Shown: positions 11,103 through 23,803 of the stretch, piece by piece
How positions within the stretch are numbered: position 1 is the stretch's first letter
Layout of the letters: every line of letters starts with the position of its first letter
Source of the DNA: Octopus sinensis
Taxonomy: Eukaryota
Reading direction: 5' to 3'
DNA length: 64,000 nucleotides
NCBI RefSeq assembly: GCF_006345805.1
Contig: NC_042998.1
Span: 149,048,001 to 149,112,000, forward strand
The notes under the pieces: generated by a model
The model's input: only the letters and a program-made list of their open reading frames with translations
What the model was told of the DNA's origin: nothing
Databases searched by the model: none
Position numbers and translations under genes: made by a program

Positions 11103-12603
11103 TATGTATATGTGTGCGTGTGTGTATGTGTGTGTGCGCGCGCGCGTGTGGAACTATTTGCAGGATCCAATAGAATCTTTAATAACAAAGGCACCAAAGT
11201 GTAGTCAATGACAGCATACCAGTGTACCAACAGTGTATATGGACACTCATATTTTCTAAAGCATATACGGATTCGTCTTTCCATTTACGCATACATCCAC
11301 AAGTACAAACCAAATTCAGTCAACATATACATACAATCACACAGGAGTATACCCTGGCATGTAGTCCACAGTCTACTGTAGGCTCAAGAACCAATGCAAG
11401 GAGGGTCCAGAGTGTGGTGTAGTATAAATAATAACACTACAGCTGTTTCAGACATGTTTTTCATTGATGAACAAATCAATTACATCAAGTAAAATATATA
11501 TATATAAATTCAGTTTTTATTCATAAATGTCTTTTTTAAATGATACAAATGTCGTCCTTGTAGTTAATGACTTCAGGAAGAGCTGAACTCGCGAAATTCT
11601 CCAGAGTAGAAGCTATTCGTCAAGTATGCAAATGTTTCGGCTTGTAACTCCTTACAGTTTAAGGAAGAGGCAGGCCGCATCCATGTTATAACTTCTAGAT
11701 ACCCGTCTGCCGCAATATTTTCTGCTACTACTTGTGTTCGAATCTGCCCCTTTTCTAAGTGATCAGGTACCCCAAAGCCAGGATGTTGTAATCACCGCGA
11801 TATATAACACCAGTTGTACATGGACTAAGCTATTCCTGATGTTACAAACGACATTTTTCAACCAAAACAAACTGTATTCTCTCTTCTATCACACATTCAC
11901 TATAATGTTTAAAATATCTTATTAATTTCATCTTAGTTCCCTTGCTTCTTATAAGAGAAATAATATAAGTAACTATATTTTAGATTTAATCTTATTTATA
12001 TCTCGGCTCTTTTAAAGTTGTTTGTATTTATCCTACCTGAGTATAATTTAGTTGAGTGCAAAGATAAACAACTAAAAATGTTCATTTAGTGTTTTGGTCG
12101 GTTAAAAGTATAAACCTTACCACGTATCATTTATTTAATATTTTTACAGACTTTTTCGCACAAACACAAAAAGAAAGAAATGACTTTATTAAATTACTTA
12201 TCGCTCTTGGCCTTATTGATCATATTTTACACACATTTAACTTGCGTTTTTCATATCATCAAATAGATTAAATATACATTCTAATACTGATAGAAATTTT
12301 CATTTTCATATTTAGTTTATATAGTTAATTTGATTTAAATTAAATATTATTTTAATACAAATTTTGTAAACAATTTTTTAAAGTAGTTTTTAATATTAAT
12401 AAAACTTAATATTTTCAATTTGTTACATTTTTATATCTAAAATTAATAACTTTCATAGCAAAAACCAAACTTAACCTTCACTTCGCAAAATCACTTTTTC
12501 TCAGATTGCATCAGTAATATCCATTACTAACGACTATTACGTTTTTTTTAAATCAGGGCCTCTTTGCTTATATTTGTATGTGTGTATGTGTGTGTGTGTC
12601 TAT

Positions 12604-12734
<131 letters not shown>

Positions 12735-12736
12735 AC

Positions 12737-12782
<46 letters not shown>

Positions 12783-12986
12783 GGAGAGATAGATAGATAA
12801 ATAAATACATCCAAACATATGTATATATGTATATGCAGCAAAAAGGCCACATGTACCTGACGAGAAAACGCATAAACATTTACTGGGCATTCGTAATGTT
12901 ACATAACCTACATCCGATGATACACTTTTTGAAACAATTATAGTACTCAATGAGGTCTTCCATTCCAGTTATGTATATATATAAAA

Positions 12987-13219
12987 TGCTTCCTTCTCCA
13001 GCCATGCCGGTTTCCCTGTTTCAGTGGCGTGTATATTCCCCATCTGGACAAGACGCCGATCCGTCACAGGATTACTCATTTTTGCCAGCTGAGTGGACGG
13101 GAGCAACGTGAAATGAAGTGTTTTGATCAAGAACACAACGCCTCATCCGATCCAGGAATCGAAACCACAATCTTACGATCATGAGTCAAACACACCAACC
13201 ACTAAGCCACATGCCTCCA
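12987..13219 (-). mobile_element. tRNA-headed SINE family A
   Basis: Minus head ggaggcatgtggcttagtggttgg...gtttcgattcctgga shows A/B boxes, followed by tgtgttcttgatcaaaacacttcatttcacgttgctcc. Confidence 0.85.
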
Positions 13220-13388
13220 TATACACACACACACACAAATACACACATATAATATAATATACGTATATATATATATATATATATATATCCGTAATAATGA
13301 AGGGTGAAATTAATTAATTTGGAAAAATTATCAATTACACCAAGTAGTCTTCGGCATGTAAAAGCCTCATTCGAGGAAAATTTAAGTA

Positions 13389-13627
13389 ATACTAAGCAAT
13401 AAGGGTTTAGCAACGAGTTGCCTTACCACATACCGAATTTAGAAATAGCAGTCAAAGGGTTATAGCTATTTCTTCTACTAAAAAGGGAGATCTCAGTAAA
13501 AACAGTTTTTAAAAGCTGTTTTTACTGAGATCTCCCTTTTAGTAGAAGAAATAGCTATAACCCTTTGACTGCTATTTCTAAATTCGGTATGTGGTAAGGC
13601 AACTCGTTGCTAAACCCTTATTGCTTA

Positions 13628-13631
<4 letters not shown>
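13389..13631. repeat. Near-perfect 243-bp palindrome with no loop
   Basis: 13389-13510 is the reverse complement of 13511-13631 except for one T:G near the centre and one 1-nt homopolymer difference. The right end abuts (TA)n. Confidence 0.95.
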
Positions 13632-13698
<67 letters not shown>

Positions 13699-14520
13699 CT
13701 GCTTCGTGGTTAAGCAAATGTGAATCTTAGAAATATGATAAACTGAAAAACGGGAGAATAACTGAAATATATATCGGCCGTTTGGACAAGACGTCTACTG
13801 CAGTGTCTCGTTTCAGAATTTTTACTCCATTTTTCTTTTCACTTCTCTTTTAAAAGTGACTGTTTGTTTATATTTATTTTTCTATAACGTTATTATTATA
13901 TAGTTGTTAGTATAATCTAAGAGAGACACAGACATTAGATATCTTAAGCAAGGACATCATCGACTCGTTTAGTAATTCCAGCTTAAAAACAACTCTAGCC
14001 GTTGATCACTTAGATTCCTCGATGTATTCCTAGATTTAAGTAGGGACGTACTGAAATCCTTCAGAAAGTTTAATGAAAACAAAACTGTCTTATATAAACG
14101 TTTGATAATCTCACTTCACTCTATAGTTATAAGATTCCCGTTACTAATGTGAATAGAAGGATTTACAAGTATGGCATCTTCTATATTACAGCACTTTGCA
14201 ACAATGATGGTTTGCAATAAGAAATTGATAGATAACATTTGTTATTTATCAAAATCCGCCCACAAAGACGAGGTTTTATGATACCTTACGGTTTATATTC
14301 CTTTTTGACTCAATGCTATATTAAACATAGAAAGAACAATTCTAATATTAATAGAATAATAAATACTTCACTATCACCAATAAATATACAAAGCTTTTTA
14401 AGAGACAAAGCCTTAAATTAAACTACAGTTATATTCCTAATATGAAAAATATATCGTATACAACTAAAAGCAAGACTGAAGCCATATCTTCATGTATAAA
14501 TACCAATGCATGTTCATTAG

Positions 14521-15046
14521 ATAAATCATCCAAAGGAAATTTTACACGCACATAAGATCATTAAAAGCCACAAACAACCGAAATCACTAAAAAAGATCCT
14601 CACAAAGGCAAAATTATTTTCTAAAATAACGGATGCAAAAGTGAAAAAATGTGGTTGGCCAAATTGCACAACATGCCCAAACCTTCTAGAAGGATCAGAA
14701 TTCCTTTTCAAAGAGGGATAAAAATTCAAAATCAAATCTGACTTTACTTGTGCTTCAGAAAACCTGATTTATGTTATAAGATGCTCGGGTTGCCACCAAA
14801 ACTACATAGGGTCCACGAAATTATCGCTCAGACGCAGATACACTCTGCACCAACAGCAGATTGCGTTCCCAGAATACAGAATCATACCCTTTAGTGAGCA
14901 TATTGAGAAATGCGCAAAGCAAGTGCTAACACAATTTGTAATCCTTCCAATTTTATCAATGTACCACTGGAACACCAACACAAGTCAGATTAAATAAGGA
15001 AACTTACTTCATTGAAAAATATAAGCCAAAACTTAACCATTTCTAA
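14521..15046 (+). pseudogene. Penelope-like element linker plus GIY-YIG endonuclease remnant
   Basis: KSHKQPKSLKKILTKAK..KCGWPNCTTCP..FTCASENLIYVIRCSGCHQNYIGSTKLSLRRRYTLHQQQI..SEHIEKC..(frameshift)..RLNKETYFIEKYKPKLNHF*. One stop and one frameshift. Confidence 0.92.
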
Positions 15047-15475
15047 CATTTTGAAATAAGTAAACTTACCTCATTGGAAAAAATATAAAGCAAAACCTTA
15101 TAACATTCTATTCTTTCTAAACCAAATCATGTTAATTTAATAAAACCTAGTCTTTCCCAACATTTTTTATTATCTCCCTTATACTGAAAAAATCCATGAT
15201 TACCTTCCCCTGTCTGGAACTCCATATTTCACAACATAGTGAAGAGGTGACACAATATAGGTAAAGAAATTTGAGAATTTGAAAAGAAAATACGAAACCG
15301 GTTAATCCTCCAGAAACAATGTTACTATACGCAAAATCTTATAACATTTTTCTAACGTAATGATTTAAATATATTCTTTAGCAATATAACACAAGCGTTA
15401 TGTAGTTTTTTCACTCTATTTTGTCTTATATATATATATATATATATATTAAGGTATGTAGAAAAATACAACATG

Positions 15476-15506
<31 letters not shown>

Positions 15507-15802
15507 TACATGTATATACATCAGAAACCGGTCCACAGATGTTGCTTTGTGTTGGATAGGGGTGCTAGATTCCTTATTCGAAAATATAAGGACACAAATA
15601 TTGTGTCGTATAGCCAGCTGGAAACGATGTTTTCTGGTGCTAAATAACAGTAACAATTATGTTGACAAATAGTCTTTACTTTAAAGAACTGTTAGTGAAT
15701 TTCTCTCGTTGAGAGATTTAGGAATAATAATGTCTATATATATATATATATGATGTATGCATGTATGTATGTATGTATGTATGCATGTATGTATGTATGT
15801 AT

Positions 15803-16056
15803 AAATGGCACTCCGACCTGACGACGACGCGGTGTCAAGCTGATCCCATCAAACAAGCAGCTTGCTCTTGAGATTAGCATTCAAGTCGCTGAGCACTCCA
15901 CAGACACGCGTACCCCTTCACAGAGTTCTTAGTGAGATTCAGCGTGACACACAATATGACAAGGTTGGTCTCTTGAAATGCAGTTACAAATAATTTTTGC
16001 CAATTGAGTGAACTAGAGCAACAGGTAATAAAGTGTCTTGCTCAAGGACACAGCGC
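15803..16056 (-). mobile_element. SINE family C body and tail (CORE-like box shared with family A)
   Basis: Contains gagtgaactagagcaac..aaagtgtcttgctcaaggacac as in family A, but with a different tail ending cgtcgtcaggtcggagtgccattt beside (TATG)n. Confidence 0.65.
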
Positions 16057-16084
16057 GTCCTACGATCGCGAGCCGAATACCTTA

Positions 16085-16165
16085 ACGCAGAACGTAAAGA
16101 CGGACGAAATGCCGCTTAACACTTTGTCCGATGTGCTAACGATTCTCCCAGCTCACCGCCCTTAT
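16085..16165 (-). mobile_element. SINE family B 5' head fragment
   Basis: cagaacgtaaagacggacgaaatgccg...gctaacgattctcccagctcaccgccctta matches the family B head. Confidence 0.75.
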
Positions 16166-16187
16166 GATGATGGTGATGATGATGATG

Positions 16188-16221
<34 letters not shown>

Positions 16222-16306
16222 TTATAATAATAATAACAATAATAATAATAATAATAATAATGATAATAATAATAATATAATATAATAATATAATAATAAT
16301 AATGAT

Positions 16307-16391
<85 letters not shown>

Positions 16392-16416
16392 TAATAATAA
16401 TAATAATAATAATGAT

Positions 16417-16464
<48 letters not shown>

Positions 16465-16474
16465 AATAATAATA

Positions 16475-16511
<37 letters not shown>

Positions 16512-16817
16512 CAACGTGCGTAAAAATTTGAACACTGCAATTATTTCTATACGAAAACAGCAAGCCTAAGCATCAACAAATGTCTATGGGCAGTGTTCAG
16601 TTAAAAAAGCAAACGCTGTATCAGAATACCGCAGTGAATACCAACCAGCATGAACGTTTGACAGCGAGCTGTCGGGAAGATAGATCAAATATGAAACCAT
16701 CACGAAGCAGGAATTAAGAATCCGCAAAAACAATGAAAGAAAACTATAACTTAATGTAAATCATCTCAGGAAACTGAAAAATTTTTCTTATATGAGGTAT
16801 ATATAATATATATATAT

Positions 16818-17124
16818 CACTGTGATCACCGTGACCGACCAGGCTATCAGATGTTGTTACACATCGCTGGTCACAATGCGCTTCGCATTGTTTTAGCCTT
16901 CAAATGACGCCACCCCGCTGGCTTAGCGAGCAGGCCAACAGAAGAAAGAGAGAGAGAAAGTGGCGAAAGAGTACAGCAGGGATCGCCACCAACCCCTGTC
17001 GGAGCCTCGTGGAGCTTTAGGTGTTTTCGCTCAATAAACACTCACAACGCCCGGTCTGGGAATCGAAACCGTGATCCTACGACCGCGAGTCCGCTGCCCT
17101 AACTACTAGGCCATTGCGCCTCCA
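16818..17124 (-). mobile_element. tRNA-headed SINE family D
   Basis: Minus head gtggaggcgcaatggcctagtagttagggcagcggactcgcggtcgtaggatcacggtttcgattccc shows clear A and B boxes, with a distinct body. Confidence 0.85.
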
Positions 17125-17136
17125 CACACACACACA

Positions 17137-17205
<69 letters not shown>

Positions 17206-17559
17206 ATACAAAAAATAGCATCCTCTTAGACACCAACATGTGCTTAAAAATGTAAACACTGCAATACTTCTGTACAAAAATTGTAAACCTGTAAGTAAAA
17301 TTTTAAATATTAATTTCATATATATCCATATTTATGTAATACCTCCATATATATGCACATTGCTGTTTCCTCTCGGTCTCACGCTGATACATAAACACAT
17401 GTCCATGGGCGATGTTCAGTTAGAAAACTAAACGCTGTAAAGACGAACCCATAACAAAACCAGCCAAAAAGAGAAAGGAAGGTGGATAGTCAGCCATAAA
17501 CAATACAAAAGAGTTGATTTACGATTTTGCACACACTACTATGCTGCATACAGTAGTAG

Positions 17560-18288
17560 TGAAGTATGGTTATGGTTGCAGAAAGGAAAGCTGAAGAGGA
17601 AGGTAGAAAATTTGTTAGTTGCAGCACAAGATCATGCAATAGGGACTAATTGGATAAAAGCCAAGATAAACAAAAACCAAGTAGATTCCCAATGTAGGTT
17701 ATGCAAATCCAAAGATTTACTTGTATAATAAGTGTATGTAGCATGCTGGCACAGAAAAAATATAGGAAAAGACATGACAATCTAGTGAGAGTAATCCACT
17801 GGGAGTTATGTAGAAAATTAGGATTTGAACATGCTGATAAGTGGTATGAACATGAACCTAGTAAAATACTAGAAAGTACGAAATACAAGAGGTTGTGGGA
17901 CTTTAATATTGAGACTGACAGAGTAATAAATCTAGAAGGCCTGATTTAGTAGTAGTAGTAGTAGATAAAGAAAATAGAAAATGCTAGATAATTGACTTTA
18001 CATTCCCAAATGATGAACAAATCAATATGAGAGGTATAGAAAAAAAGCAATGTGCCAGGACCTAGCTATTGAAAATGCGGGTGAAATGTATCCTGGTAGT
18101 TATTAGTGCACTGGGAACTATCCCTAAAGATTTAAACAGATGGATAGAGGAAATAGGCATAAAACCCACTTTAGTACAGCTCCAGAAAACAGTGTTATTA
18201 GGGACAGCTAGGATACTTAGGAGGGTTCTTGGTATCTAAGGTTACTTGTTGTAGCCCGATGTTAGGATCTGTTGTGTGTATATGAAAA
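17560..18288 (+). mobile_element. R4/Dong-type 3' fragment (CCHC plus REL), degraded
   Basis: WLQKGKLKRKVENLLVAAQDHAI..CRLCK..YRKRHDNLVRVIHWELC..LWDFNIETDR..PDLVVV..LQKTVLLGTARILRRVLGI*. It ends in (TAA)n. Confidence 0.88.
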
Positions 18289-18296
18289 TAATAATA

Positions 18297-18352
<56 letters not shown>

Positions 18353-18362
18353 TGATGATAAT

Positions 18363-18423
<61 letters not shown>

Positions 18424-18424
<1 letters not shown>

Positions 18425-18820
18425 CCAATAATTGTCGGAGCCCTGGGAACAGTGGGAAAAATCTTGAGTATTACATTGAACAAATAGGGGCTGCAATACT
18501 GGCGGAGCACTTGCAGAAAACAACCCTGTTTGGAACGCTTGAATACTCCAGATGGTGCTCGAAAAATAAGGGGTGTTACCTTAGTTCACTGGTAGTGAGC
18601 AGCTGGCAACGTAGTTATCAAGAGGAACATAAAGGAAATTGGAATAGAGTGCCCAGTAAAACTATTAGAAAAGGTTTGCCTACTTGGCACGGCCAGAATA
18701 ATCAGGAAAGTATTAGATAGCTGAAAAGAACGGATAGCATGGCACCGTAGGCTACAGGTAGTAAGATCACAATGCATGTAAGAATCCCGGAGCTCCAACA
18801 AAACCTGTGATCAAGAGAAA
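18424..18820 (+). mobile_element. Composite of two R4-type 3' ends (family a fused to family b), copy 1
   Basis: PIIVGALGTV..LQKTTLFGT (homologous to ~25600-25800, minus) is joined at ~18615 to IKEIGIECPVKLLEKVCLLGTARIIRKVLDS* plus UTR (homologous to 49320-49771). Confidence 0.8.
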
Positions 18821-18857
18821 TAATAACAATGATGATGATGATGATGATGAGATGATG

Positions 18858-18890
<33 letters not shown>

Positions 18891-18953
18891 TAATAATAAA
18901 TAATAATAATAATAATAATTAATAATAATAATAATAATAATGATGATGATAAT

Positions 18954-18991
<38 letters not shown>

Positions 18992-19010
18992 TAGTAGTAG
19001 TAGTAGTAGT

Positions 19011-19407
19011 ACCAATAATTGTCGGAGCCCTGGGAACAGTGGAAAAATCTTGAGTATTACATTGAACAAATAGGGGCTGCAATACTGGCGGAGCACTTGC
19101 AGAAAACAACCCTGTTTGGAACGGCTTGAATACTCCAGATGGTGCTCGAAAAATAAGGGGTGTTACCTTAGTTCACTGGTAGTGAGCAGCTGGCAACGTA
19201 GTTATCAAGAGGAACATAAAGGAAATTGGAATAGAGTGCCCAGTAAAACTATTAGAAAAGGTTTGCCTACTTGGCACGGCCAGAATAATCAGGAAAGTAT
19301 TAGATAGCTGAAAAGAACGGATAGCATGGCACCGTAGGCTACAGGTAGTAAGATCACAATGCATGTAAGAATCCCGGAGCTCCAACAAAACCTGTGATCA
19401 AGAGAAA
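19011..19407 (+). mobile_element. Tandem duplicate of the 18424-18820 composite (offset 587 bp)
   Basis: Identical apart from two single-G indels. ORF-track entries 18586-18801 and 19173-19388 are identical. Confidence 0.9.
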
Positions 19408-19442
19408 TAATAACAATGATGATGATGATGATGATGATGATG

Positions 19443-19496
<54 letters not shown>

Positions 19497-19540
19497 TAAT
19501 ATAATAATAATAATAACAATAATAATAACAATAATAATAA

Positions 19541-22500
19541 GGTTTTATCATGTGAGAGCGATAAAACAGTGCTCCGAAATCTATCCACAAACATCGGAAA
19601 CAAATACATCACATGGACCAAAAGATAACTGACAAAGGATTGGACTATATCCGAGTAAGTTATACTCATTGAAATTTATTACTATATTCCAAAGAAAATT
19701 ATGTATTTTAACTCGATATCATCTCCACCTCTAACACAGCACAATATGTAAACATGCTTGATACATTACGATCCATCAACACCAGATCATCTCCGGCCCC
19801 AAACACCATGTACAAAAAAACTACGAACAAATTAAATAATACCGATATTATTCAACCCAAGAATAACAATCGGGAAGTGCGTACTTTAAATTTGTTACAC
19901 AAAAGGTACGAAAAATTACACGTGCAAAACAATATCACAACAAAAATGAACGGACCGGTACCCTACGAGAATGACGACCGTCAAAATATTGGGCCGGACG
20001 TTGTTCCTCATGTCCCGCAAATAAAACCAAAAAGGCATAAATGGACAAGTGAGGAATACATTTCAATCCTACACGCTTACTTTACAGCAGTGCTCTACCC
20101 CCCAAAAAAAAAGAAAACACAACAATATATACATATAAAATATGGAAGAAAAATAACATAAATAAAGACTTGGATACAGCAATGAACCCTAATAAACTAG
20201 CTAACGTACGAAGATATATTCTCAACGCAAAAAAAATCAGAAATAGAAATGGAACATTTAAAAGAAAAATACATCAGGAAAATGTAGATAGAAGCCACAC
20301 AACAATGCCAAATAATATAAACACTGAGATAGTAAAACACGAAGACAAACGTAACATTCCCAACAAAAACGATGTAAAGAAAAAACAACAAAACCAGACC
20401 GTAAGGATGCATAATAATGCACGACAAGCAGCAAGCCAAAACACGACAGACAAACATACGAATGAGAAAGAAAGCGACACAAATCTAAAACCTGCAAACA
20501 ACGAATGGGAGCCTAATGATTATGATACTATAAAAAGTAGAATAATCAAAGAACTGAAAACCACAGATCTCAAAATGGACCATCGACCATACCTCCTAAA
20601 AATCAAAATAGACAAAAGAACAACATCAATTATAAACAGCATGAACTTAGCCGTCACGGAACTAATAGCCACTGAAACACATAGCAATATCACTGAGCTA
20701 AATGACTTAGTATATGCAACAGCCACTGCAGCAACAAAAGAAGCTGAATACTCCCTCAAACCCATCCAAACAGGAGTACCACCACCCAAACAAACCCTGT
20801 GAATAAATAACATCCCCTCAAAATACAAAAAATGAGAAAAGATCTGTTGATTCTTAACGAAGTCAGTAGACAATCAACGCTACTAAGCAACAAAAAGAAA
20901 ACAAAAATACTGTGCAAATACAACATCACAGAAAACGATTTACCCGAGATAAAAGAAAAGCTACAGCAAGATATCCTTGCCAAAGCACAAAGGATCCGCC
21001 GGTATGAGAAACGCCAACGTTTCTTTGAACGAAACAGACAGTTCAACTCCAACCCCAAAATGTTCTACCAAGAACTTGGCAAAAATAAAATAGACATCAC
21101 TGCAGCACCAACGGCAGAAGAAGTGGAAGAATTCTGGAGAGAATGAACAACCCCCCAAAAAAGAGTATTAAAACAACAAACTTAGCATCTGAGCAACTTT
21201 GCCCCCCCCTCCCATAACAACTGAAGAGGTCACCCAGGCACAGCAAAGACTAAGCAACTGGAAGGCACCTGAACATGACAAGATCCTCAACTTCTGGTTG
21301 AAATATCTAACAGGAATGCACAAAAAGCTGGCTGAAAACTTTAACAACCTACTGGCAGAGCCAGAGACAATACCTGAATGGCTCACGAAGGGGAAAACCA
21401 CCTTAATTCCCAAATCCAATGAGACAGCAAAACCAGAAAACTACAGACCTATAACCTGTCTCCCTACAATGTACAAAATATTTACTGCAGTAATATCACA
21501 AAGATTGAACAAGCACCTGGACGAAAACAACCTGTTTCCAGAAGAGCAGAAAGGATGCCGCAAAGACTCATATGGCTGTAAAGATCAACTAATGATCAAT
21601 AAAGCCATAACTGAAGACAGCCACAGAAAGAAGAAAGGACTCAGTATGGCATGGATCGACTACAAAAAGGGGTTTGATAGCATCCCCCACACATGGATCC
21701 TCGAAACACTAGTCATTAACAAAGTAGCACCAATAATTATAAAATACATAGGACACTCTATGAATAAATGGTAGACAGTGCTACAGCTCCAAACAAAAGA
21801 GGGACTCGTGAAAACCAAAGCCATCCCCATTAGAAGAGGAATATTCCAGGGAGACACGCTCTCTCCACTCCTTTTCTGCTTGGCACTGTCACCTCTATCT
21901 GATATGCTAAATAGAACTGAATGCGGATATAAATGTTACGGCAAAACGATCAGCCACCTTTTATATATGGATGACCTAAAACTATACGCTGCAAATGACA
22001 AATAGCTGGAAACACAACTAAAGACAGTTCATGGATTTACCAAAGAAATAGATATGAAATTTGGATAGGAAAATGCACCAAAGTAACCCTGAAAAGAGGA
22101 AAACTAGTTAAGAGTAGCAATACCACACTAGATAAAACCAATGAAATAAAAGAATTAGACCAAAGCCAAAGTTACAAATACTTAGGAATCCATGAACTAG
22201 ATAAGACACAACACACACAAATGAAAGAGAAAATAAAGACAGAATATTATAGACGAGTCAGATCAATACTAAAAACAGAGCTCTATTCTAGAAACAAGAT
22301 AATAGGTATCAACACTTTAGCCGTCCCAGTTGTAAGTTACAGCTACAATATCCTTAACTGGACACTAAATGAACTGACCAAAATAGATAGGAAAACAAGA
22401 AAAATAATGACAGGATCTAGGATGCATCACCCAAAATCTGACATAGAAAGGCTATATATACAACGTATAGAAGGTGGTAGAGGCCTTATACGGCTGGAAA

Positions 22501-23624
22501 ACTACTATAAAATAACCACAATAGGACTGCAAAAATATCTACTTCAGAAGGAAGGAAAACTGATCCAGATAGCAGCAAAACACGAGCAAAACTAAAAAAC
22601 TGTTCTCAGTATTTAAGGAAGCTGACAAATACAAACAAGAAATCATACCACCTAATAAACACAAAGAAGAAGAAGAAGATGATGAAGAAACAACAAAAGC
22701 TATAAAACAAATGAAATCCAAACTAAAAATAGAACAGCAACGAGTCATGATAAAACGATGGCAAGAAAAGCCCCTTCATGGTAAATACTGCACTAAACTA
22801 AACGCAAAAGAAATAGACAAAGAAAAATCCCAGCAATGGTTGAGAAGCTCAGGACTCAAAGCAGAAACAGAGGGATTTTTAATTGCAGCACAAGACCAAA
22901 GCCTACCCACCAGAAATTACCAAAAACATGTAATGAAAAGAAATATTACAAGTAACTGCAGAATATGTGGAGATGGACAAGAAACAATAAATCATATCAT
23001 CTCTAGCTGCCCAGTCCTGGCTAAGAAGGAATATATTCACAGACATGACAGAGTTGGAACCTACATACATTGGAATCTATGCCAACATTATGGAATGACA
23101 ACAGAAAAAAGATGGTATAGGCACATACCAGAAAAGGTCACAGAAAACGAGAAAGCAACCATACTCTGGGATATGCCGATACACACAGATAGAGAAATTA
23201 AGGCCAACAGACCAGATATAGTTGTCAGAGATCATGAAGAAAATAAATGATTTCTAATTGATGTATCAATACCGGCAGATGACAACGTGTCTCTAAAAGA
23301 AATGGAGAAACTCTCAAAATACAAAGACCTGGAAATAGAGATAACTAGATTGTGGAACCTGAAAACAGAAACAATTCCTATCATAGTAGGTGAATTAGGC
23401 ATGATAAAAAAATATTCAGACAAATACATAACAAAAACACCAGGACTTACAAACACATATAACATACAGAAAATTGCACTACTAGGCACTGCACACATCC
23501 TACGCAGAACACTTTCCATACAATAACCATCAGAGCATCACAACAAATCACAGCACATACCCAAGGCACACAGAGCTGCGCTCGGTAGTGAAGTGAAAGC
23601 ACGCTATAAAAATAAAACTACTGA
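19541..23624 (+). mobile_element. Apparently full-length Dong/R4-clade non-LTR retrotransposon inserted in (TAA)n
   Basis: About 4.08 kb, flanked by (TAA)n on both sides. It has a single-ORF layout: N-terminal KWTSEEY motif, RT, CCHC knuckle, PD-(D/E)xK endonuclease, and a short 3' UTR. Confidence 0.93.
19754..23526 (+). pseudogene. Disrupted RT-REL polyprotein of the Dong/R4 element
   Basis: Motifs NWKAPEHDKILNFWLK, NYRPITCL, EQKGCR, WIDYKKGFDSIPH, GIFQGDTLSPLLF, LLYMDDLKLY, RLYIQRIEGGRGL, CRICG..ETINHIISSC, RHDRV, RPDIV, KLSKYKDL. It is split over several ORFs by stops and frameshifts. Confidence 0.93.
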
Positions 23625-23653
23625 ATAATAATAATAATATAATAATAATAATA

Positions 23654-23691
<38 letters not shown>

Positions 23692-23703
23692 GAATAATAA
23701 TAA

Positions 23704-23734
<31 letters not shown>

Positions 23735-23803
23735 AAGAAGAAGAAGAATGATAATATTAATAATAATAATAATAAGAATCATTATTTTTATCATTATTCC
23801 GGG

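Noticed and set aside
19541-19620. Canonical HDV-like ribozyme at the Dong 5' end
   Set aside because: Only 4 nt lie between the putative P2 and P1 3' strands, so there is no P3/L3, and there is no GG for P1.1.
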